DNA of 64,000 nt from Candidatus Latescibacterota bacterium (GTDB lineage: Bacteria > Latescibacterota > UBA2968 > UBA8231): assembly GCA_965208105.1 (NCBI GenBank), contig OZ242318.1, positions 4,256,001 to 4,320,000 of the forward strand. Reading direction: 5' to 3'. The notes beneath the pieces were generated by a model. The model ran no database searches. It saw only the letters and a program-made list of their open reading frames with translations, and was not told the DNA's origin. Shown piece by piece: positions 57,798-64,000 of this stretch (the stretch's first letter is position 1; the number at the start of each line of letters is the position of its first letter). A program made the position numbers and the translations under genes.

Positions 57798-58982
57798 ATG
57801 AAAGAAGAAACATACCGCGTCGCCATCCTCGGGTGCCGGGGCCGGGGCGGGGCAGCCGCGCGCGCCTACTTCGCGCATCCGCGCACGGAGCTGGTCGGCC
57901 TCTGCGACCTCGTGGGGGAGCGCCGCGATCAGCTGGGAGAGGAACTGGGCATCGGGGCCCGCTACGAGGACCTCGACGCCATGATCGGGGAGACTTCTCC
58001 CGACATCGTCGCCATTCCGACGGGAACCGAGTTCCACCACGACCTCGCAATGCGGGTGCTCGACCACGGCGTCCACATCGATATCGAGAAGCCGTTGTGC
58101 GTCGACCTGGAGGAGGGGGACGAGATCGTCGCCAGGGCCGCGCAAAAGGGGGTGCGGACAGCCGTTCATCACCAGGGCCGGACCGGAGCCGTCATGCGAG
58201 CCATCGCCATCGCTCTCGCGGAAGGGCGCATCGGGGAGGTGCAGCACCTGCACGGATACGGAAAGGGGTACTACGGCGGCTACGGGTTGATGAACATCGG
58301 AACCCACATGATCAACATGATGCTGAAGGTTGCCGGGCACTGCCGGGCGGTCTCCGCGACGGCGATGACGGGCGGGGGCCCGGTCGCTCCCGGGGACGTG
58401 CTGCGCTCCCCACTAGGCATGGGGGTGATTGCCGGGGAACGGCTCAGCGCCATCCTCGAATTCGACCGCGGGGTTACGGCCACCCTGCTTCACCACCGCT
58501 ACCCGGAACGGGTAACCCCGATGATCGAAATCGCCGGGAGCGAAGGCCGCCTGATGATCGAGAGCCTGCTCTACAGAAAGGACCGCCGGAACGCCCTCTA
58601 CCTGGCGGGGCGGTACTTCACCCCGGGCCTCGATGAATGGGAAGAACTCGAACCGGTGCTTCCTCCCGGGTTCGACCCGGATGGGCCGGCGGATACCGAG
58701 GATTTCTGGTTCGTGGAGGAGTACGTTTCAGCCCTCGACGAGGGGCGTGACCACGAATGCAGCGGCGCCGAAGGGCTGCACGTACTGGAGGTCATGATGG
58801 GGCTGTTCGAGTCGGCCGCGTACGGCCGCCGGATCGGGATACCCCAGGAAGACCGGAGCCATCCCCTGCTGCGCTGGCGCCGGGAACACGGCCTCGAGGA
58901 CCCCGGCCCCATGCCGAGGGACTACGGAGAGTGGCTGGCGACCGAAGATGACCGGCTCGCCCGCAGGGACTCTGTCGCGTAA
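57798..58982 (+). CDS. Gfo/Idh/MocA oxidoreductase
   Basis: VAILGCRGRG, PDIVAIPT, IEKPL, GLMNIGTH. Confidence 0.9.
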   Translation: MKEETYRVAILGCRGRGGAAARAYFAHPRTELVGLCDLVGERRDQLGEELGIGARYEDLDAMIGETSPDIVAIPTGTEFHHDLAMRVLDHGVHIDIEKPLCVDLEEGDEIVARAAQKGVRTAVHHQGRTGAVMRAIAIALAEGRIGEVQHLHGYGKGYYGGYGLMNIGTHMINMMLKVAGHCRAVSATAMTGGGPVAPGDVLRSPLGMGVIAGERLSAILEFDRGVTATLLHHRYPERVTPMIEIAGSEGRLMIESLLYRKDRRNALYLAGRYFTPGLDEWEELEPVLPPGFDPDGPADTEDFWFVEEYVSALDEGRDHECSGAEGLHVLEVMMGLFESAAYGRRIGIPQEDRSHPLLRWRREHGLEDPGPMPRDYGEWLATEDDRLARRDSVA

Positions 58983-59233
58983 ATCGGGTGGAACGAGGCC
59001 GGGAATGCCGAGGGCAGCGGCCCCGGGGCTGAAGAACCGCGCACGCAGTCACCGACCGCAAGGATCAGGCCGCTTCGGGCAGGTTCTCCGGCATGTTTTC
59101 GAGCCTCGTCAGCCAGTAGTGGGCGTCGAAATTGATGAGTTCGAGGTGGGGAAGAGTCCGTTCTGGGTAATGGCGGCTAAATTGTAGCTACGCAACAGAC
59201 GTTAGATACTCTCTAAAAAGTCAAGGAGGTCAC

Positions 59234-60013
59234 GTGCATACACTGAGCCTTGAACAGGTCGATTCCTTCAGACTCAAAGGTTTTCTCACCGTCGATGACG
59301 TGCTCACTGACGACGAGCTCGAGATTCTGGCGAAGCGTACCGACCTGATCGCCTCAGGGAAGGCGGAGCATATCCCTGAGAGGTGCATTCAGCAGGAAGC
59401 GGTCTTTCGCCGCGGGGAACGCGAGGTTGACGACCAGGTGCTGTCCGTGCGTAAGCTGCACATGCTGGCGGCGCACGACGAGTTGATGTGGCAGCACGCC
59501 ACCAACACGAAGATCGTCGATATCATCGCTGACCTGCTGGACACCGACGACATCAAGCTCTACAGCGATCAGCTGTTCATGAAGGCGCCCGAAACCGGCT
59601 CGGCGCAGCCCTGGCACCAGGATTCAGCATCTTGGCGCGACATTTTTCCGATGGACCTGGTTTCCGCGTGGACCGCCATCGATGACGCGACGCCGGAGAA
59701 CGGTTGTTTGGAGTTTGCTGTTGGAACGCATCGTTGGGGTGTGCTCCCCCGAACGACGCGCGGACAGCTCATGGAGGAACTGGAAGACGGCAGCTGGCCA
59801 ATACAACCGGCCCCCCTCAAGCGCGGCAGCGTCAGCTTTCATCACAGCCTCACGTTTCATCGCAGTGCTGCCAACAGCTCCGCCCAGCGCCGCCGCGGGT
59901 ACGCCACCCATTACATGCGCGCTACGTCTGTCAAAGACGAAACAGTTACCGATGTGCCGAAGGTGCCGCCCTTCAAGCAGGTGCGCGGCCGCTCCTTTCC
60001 TGGACGAGTCTAG
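59234..60013 (+). CDS. Phytanoyl-CoA dioxygenase (PhyH) family protein
   Basis: DQLFMKAP, PWHQD, WTAIDDATPENGCL, FHHSLTFHRSAAN..RR. Confidence 0.92.
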   Translation: MHTLSLEQVDSFRLKGFLTVDDVLTDDELEILAKRTDLIASGKAEHIPERCIQQEAVFRRGEREVDDQVLSVRKLHMLAAHDELMWQHATNTKIVDIIADLLDTDDIKLYSDQLFMKAPETGSAQPWHQDSASWRDIFPMDLVSAWTAIDDATPENGCLEFAVGTHRWGVLPRTTRGQLMEELEDGSWPIQPAPLKRGSVSFHHSLTFHRSAANSSAQRRRGYATHYMRATSVKDETVTDVPKVPPFKQVRGRSFPGRV

Positions 60014-60084
60014 TCTCGCCAACGGCCACGAAGGTCTGATTTCCGGCTCCCTGGACTCGAGGCGCAAAGCGAGATCGGGAACTG

Positions 60085-60123
60085 CTTGCCCCACCCCTAA
60101 AAGGCCCTTAATATTTCCTAAAC
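60085..60123 (+). mobile_element. Degenerate IS91/ISCR oriIS-like end 3
   Basis: CTTGCC..TAAAAGGCCCTTAATATTTCCTAAAC resembles the other three ends. Confidence 0.5.
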
Positions 60124-60127
60124 TCCG

Positions 60128-60481
60128 GTCATTCAAGAGAAGCTCGATCGCGATCTGCCCGTCCTCCTCGAAGAAGCGCCCAACACGACGCGCTGGGCGA
60201 TTAGACTGCGGAAGGACGATGCCTTTATCGGGCTGCTGACGCTTGGCCCCCACCACGATGGAGCAGATACGGAGGTGTCTTACGAACTGCTGCCCGAGTA
60301 TTGGGGCAAGGGCTGCGCGACAGAAGCAGTCGAAGCAGCTATTGGGTATGCCTTCGTGGATCTCGGCCTAGAACGGGTTGTTGCCGAAACACAGGCCGCG
60401 AATGAACGATCGTGTCGCCTGCTTGAAAGGTTAGGTATGAAGGCTGAGAGAAAACTCGAACGGTTTGGGGCAAACAGGTGA
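60128..60481 (+). pseudogene. 5'-truncated RimJ/RimL-type GNAT acetyltransferase
   Basis: WAIRLRKDDAFIG..EVSYELLPEYWGKGCATEA..ETQAANERSCRLLERLG; lacks N-terminus. Confidence 0.75.
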
Positions 60482-60507
60482 TTTACCCGAGAAAGCTGAA
60501 AGACACT

Positions 60508-61623
60508 GTGCCAGCCAACCAGTTGAAAGCGGTCACTATCGCCGACACCCATCGCGGCGGCGCCGGCCATCGCATGCACCGGGCCTTCGAGTTAGACTCA
60601 CGCGTGACGATGGTCGCCATCTCCGATCCTGACGAAGAGGGCAGGTCCAAGCTCACCGCCGAGTGCGGAGCTACTGGGACCTACTCGGACTATCGTGAAA
60701 TGCTCGAGCGCGAGAAGCCGGACATCGCGGTAATCGCCCGGCACTGGTTCGATGACGGCCGCGTTGATGAGTTTCTTGCCGCCCTTGACGCCGGGGTGAG
60801 AGGCTTGTTCGTCGAGAAGTCCGTCGCCGCCTGGCCCGATCAGGCCCGACGCATGCAGCAGGCCGCTGCGGAACGAGACGTGCCCGTCCTGCTCGCCCAT
60901 CGCAGTCGCGAGCACCCTACAATGCAAGAGATTCGCCGGCGCGCTCGGGAGGGCGAATGGGGTCCCCTGACGCGTGTGCGCGCCATGGACAAGGGCGATC
61001 ACCGCGTCGGCGTTCACGAAGCGATGATCCACACGCCACACGTCTTCGACGCCATGCTCTACCTCGTCGACGAGGCCCCCACCTCATGCTGGGGCTCCGT
61101 CACGCTCGAGGGACGTCCGGCCACCCGTGACGACGCACGCGGCGTCGAGTACCTCGGCGCCGGCCCCATGGCGGGCGACAAGATTTCGGCGCAGTACCAG
61201 TTCCCAAGTGGCGTCGTAGGAACGTTCGAATCCATGCCCGTTGGCGACGGCAGCTACGGCAGCGATCGGCTCGGCGTCGACTTCATCTTCCAGGATGCCG
61301 TCGTGACCGCCCGCAATCAGCCCCTCGGCAAGTTTCACGTCTTTCCGCGTGGCGACGTTTTTCCGACAGATCTCGACGCAGAGTGGACGACGCTTGGCGT
61401 GGATTCATGGATTCCTGAGGGCGTCCATCCAACAGACTGGAGCAATCACGTCATCTGTGAAGATCTCGTCAGGCTCATCGACGGCGGTGAGCCGCGACCT
61501 GAGTCTCCTACCATCGATCTCGGCGTTGTCGGCGTTGAGATGCTCGTGGGCGCCTATCGATCCCACCTTGAAGGCAGGCGCATCGATCTGCCGCTCGCCG
61601 ATCCGAACAATCCCTGGCTATGA
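60508..61623 (+). CDS. Gfo/Idh/MocA oxidoreductase
   Basis: AISDPDEEGR, YSDYREMLEREKPDI, FVEKS; start 60478 or 60508. Confidence 0.85.
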   Translation: MPANQLKAVTIADTHRGGAGHRMHRAFELDSRVTMVAISDPDEEGRSKLTAECGATGTYSDYREMLEREKPDIAVIARHWFDDGRVDEFLAALDAGVRGLFVEKSVAAWPDQARRMQQAAAERDVPVLLAHRSREHPTMQEIRRRAREGEWGPLTRVRAMDKGDHRVGVHEAMIHTPHVFDAMLYLVDEAPTSCWGSVTLEGRPATRDDARGVEYLGAGPMAGDKISAQYQFPSGVVGTFESMPVGDGSYGSDRLGVDFIFQDAVVTARNQPLGKFHVFPRGDVFPTDLDAEWTTLGVDSWIPEGVHPTDWSNHVICEDLVRLIDGGEPRPESPTIDLGVVGVEMLVGAYRSHLEGRRIDLPLADPNNPWL

Positions 61624-61668
61624 CGATCACACGTGTTCTGAGGATCGAATCGTAGAAAGTGAGGAAGG

Positions 61669-62838
61669 ATGAAGACGTATCGAGTTGCCATTCTCGGCTG
61701 CCGATCACGTGGCACGGCAGCCGCCAGAGTCTACCACGCCCATCCGCGAACCGAGGTCGTCGGGCTCTGCGACCTGCTGGAGGATCGGCTGAACACGCTC
61801 AGCGACGAGCTCGGCGTCTCGGCCCGTTTCACGGATCTGGACGAGATGATCCGTCAGGTACAGCCAGACATCGTCGCCATTCCGACGGCCCCCGCCCTGC
61901 ACGCGCCGCTGGCCCTTCGGGTGCTCGAGCACGGCGTGAACATCGAAGTCGAGAAACCCATGGGCATGGACTTGCTCGAAGCCGATGCGGTCATGCAGAA
62001 GGCCGAAGAGAAGGGCGTCCAGGTCGCGATCCATCATCAGTGGCGCTTGCACAGTTGGGCACAAGCCGTCAGTCAGGCCTACGAAGCCGGAAAGATCGGC
62101 AACCTGCGCTACATCTACGCCAGCGGCAAGGGCTACTACGGGGGCTTCGGCCTGATGGAAATCGGCACACATCTCCTGAACAGCGTGATCAAGTTCGGCG
62201 GGCACTGTCAGAGTGTCTCGGCCTATGCGACCCGAAGGGGCCGTCCGATCACGCCAGAAGACGTGCTGCCGGCGCCCCGTGGGAACGGCACCATCGCTGG
62301 GGACCACGTCACCGCCACCCTACAGTTTCCCGACGGTGTCACCGGCACGCTCCTCCAGCACCACTTCAGTCAGAACGAAATCGATGCTCACGTGATCGAG
62401 CTCTATGGCAGCGAGGGGCGGCTGCTCTGGCACACGAGTGGCGCCTGGCACGTGCCAAACCCACACCCCGTGCCCAAGGACAACCAGGATAACTGGGAGC
62501 TGTTGACGCCCCTCCATCCCAACACCTTTGAAGAAGCGGCCAAGGAAATCCCCGACGGGAACATGACCGACGGCGACTACTGGTTCGTCGACGAGTACGT
62601 CAGGGCGCTGGATGAAGGACGGGAGCACGAGTGCAGCGGCTACGAAGGTCGTCACGTGGTGGAGATCATCATGGGCATCTTCGAGTCCGCCGCCTACCGG
62701 ACCCACGTCGCCCTCCCTCAGCCCGATCGCGAGCATCCGCTGCAGCGCTGGCGCAGAGAGTCAGGCCTGGAGCCGCCCGAACCCATGCCCCTCTTGGACA
62801 AAGACTGGCACGTGGAGGAGCAGAAACGACTGGGCTGA
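61669..62838 (+). CDS. Gfo/Idh/MocA oxidoreductase (paralog of 57798-58982)
   Basis: YRVAILGCRSRG, EKPM, GKGYYGGFGLMEIGTH, ALDEGREHECSG. Confidence 0.9.
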   Translation: MKTYRVAILGCRSRGTAAARVYHAHPRTEVVGLCDLLEDRLNTLSDELGVSARFTDLDEMIRQVQPDIVAIPTAPALHAPLALRVLEHGVNIEVEKPMGMDLLEADAVMQKAEEKGVQVAIHHQWRLHSWAQAVSQAYEAGKIGNLRYIYASGKGYYGGFGLMEIGTHLLNSVIKFGGHCQSVSAYATRRGRPITPEDVLPAPRGNGTIAGDHVTATLQFPDGVTGTLLQHHFSQNEIDAHVIELYGSEGRLLWHTSGAWHVPNPHPVPKDNQDNWELLTPLHPNTFEEAAKEIPDGNMTDGDYWFVDEYVRALDEGREHECSGYEGRHVVEIIMGIFESAAYRTHVALPQPDREHPLQRWRRESGLEPPEPMPLLDKDWHVEEQKRLG

Positions 62839-63241
62839 TTGCGAAGGCGCGACATCGCGACGACGAGCTAACGGTGGGCTGGTCAGAACCTGTCCCGAGC
62901 GGAGTCGAGGGAGACCGGGAACCCATCGGAGTTCGCAGTCTGTAGACTGCTCCCACCGCAATCACACGTTTAGGCACTACCCAGAGCAATCGGACCAATG
63001 CTGAGACACGCCCTCAAATTTGGACTTTGCATTCTTCCTTGCAAACGCACAAAGTAAACCGGGAAGCGAGTCCTTAACATGATCGCGAATCACCGGTGGA
63101 CGTATCACCTGCCGTGAAGACCATGAACCCTCCTTCATAGCCCCGTTCAACGGTCACTACCGCGATCGCGAAAAAACCCACCGGAAAGGCTACCACCACC
63201 GCCGCCGTCACCCACCAGGGCTGCTCCCGCAGTGAAAAGAT

Positions 63242-63415
63242 GCGCAGGTGTCTTCCTCCGACCTCAGCGCATGCGCGACCTGTGGCGGGCGCCTGAGGAT
63301 CGTCGCCGACCTGACCGATCCGGCCTCGATGCGGACCTATCTGGAGGGGGTAGGGCTGCCGGCGGTGCCTCCGCCGAGGGCCCCGACGCAGCCGCAGTTC
63401 GAGTTCGCCGCCTGA
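63242..63415 (+). pseudogene. IS91/ISCR transposase remnant, C-terminus
   Basis: Manual frame: DLSACATCGGRLRIVADLTDPASMRTYLEGVGLPAVPPPRAP..* (CxxCGG..DP..GLP motif). Confidence 0.8.
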
Positions 63416-63630
63416 CCTGCCTTCTCGACCCGGCGCCGGGCGTACGGCGAGGTGTGCCCTCAACGCTCCCTCAGGCCCCGAATTGATCCGGATCCGGGCC
63501 GACAGGCAACCAGAATGGACTCCGAGCTCGGTCGAAGGACGGGCAAACGATCCTCCGGGAGCTGCCTGACCCTGGCGGTACGCTCAGCGCCTTGACCGAG
63601 AACCCGAAAAGGTCCTCATTTTACCTATAC
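63416..63630 (+). mobile_element. IS91/ISCR right end with oriIS-like terminus (end 4)
   Basis: ~215 bp downstream of the transposase stop, ending ..AAAAGGTCCTCATTTTACCTATAC, the position expected for oriIS. Confidence 0.8.
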
Positions 63631-63632
63631 TT

Positions 63633-63896
63633 CTGAACGTGCTTCCTCAATTCCGCAGGCGAGGAATCGCCACCGCTCTTGTCGACGAAAGCGAGCGGCT
63701 GATTCGGGAGCGGTCCGCGATTGCCGGGATTGGCGTTGGCCTGCATCCTGGGTACAACGCGGCGCAGCGAATGTACGTTCTCCGTGGGTACGTTCCCGAT
63801 GCCCGGGGTGTCACCTACAAGAATCGGTACGTGGTTGAGGGCGAGACGTTGCCCTTCGACGACGACCTGGTGCTCTACCTCACAAAAGACCAGTAA
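63633..63896 (+). pseudogene. 5'-truncated GNAT acetyltransferase
   Basis: LNVLPQFRRRGIATAL..GIGVGLHPGYNAAQRMYVLRGYVPD; begins mid-domain at the oriIS-like end. Confidence 0.75.
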
Positions 63897-63908
63897 GCGC
63901 GGTGTGAA

Positions 63909-64000
63909 ATGGCGTTATCCATTGAGCGCAGGTTCGAAAGACTTCGCCCCAACGAAATCTGGCGCACCCTCAGCGAGTTCCCTTGCGTCTACGTGCCTTC
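63909..64000 (+). CDS. Probable creatininase-family protein (5' part; runs off the window)
   Basis: MALSIERRFERLRPNEI..PCVYVP resembles the creatininase N-terminus. Confidence 0.5.
   Translation, partial: MALSIERRFERLRPNEIWRTLSEFPCVYVP

Noticed and set aside
59065-59180. Minus-strand stub ending ..YWLTRLENMPENLPEAA*, possibly a transposase C-terminus
   Set aside because: Too short to assign without a search.
46159-64000. Integron or prophage interpretation of the island
   Set aside because: No integrase, complete attC sites or phage genes seen.

Overview
GC-rich bacterial chromosomal DNA. Three secreted proteins ending in a YPNPFN..FlgD-Ig/T9SS-like C-terminal domain, plus expanded PhyH and Gfo/Idh/MocA families, suggest an FCB-superphylum organism such as Latescibacterota (inference). 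Positions 1-46158 are mostly core genes: an MCE/Mla-Pqi operon with an extra outer-membrane protein, folA, aspC-type aminotransferase, a fatty acyl-CoA reductase/lgt operon, M32 peptidase, dadA-like, comEC, asd, glgB with a GT3-like glycogen synthase, and a Lol-like ABC operon interrupted by ridA and two vapBC modules. This part also holds a tandem duplication of a ~980-aa orphan surface protein behind a CTD-bearing protein, a 168-bp TAG-flanked MITE (3 full copies, 1 deleted copy) and a candidate leader-peptide attenuator upstream of asd. From ~46159 to the end is a mosaic island of catabolic or secreted genes and gene stubs. It carries N- and C-terminal remnants of an IS91/ISCR transposase and four co-oriented oriIS-like ends, which suggests repeated rolling-circle (Helitron-like) gene capture. 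No rRNA, tRNA or CRISPR array was seen.
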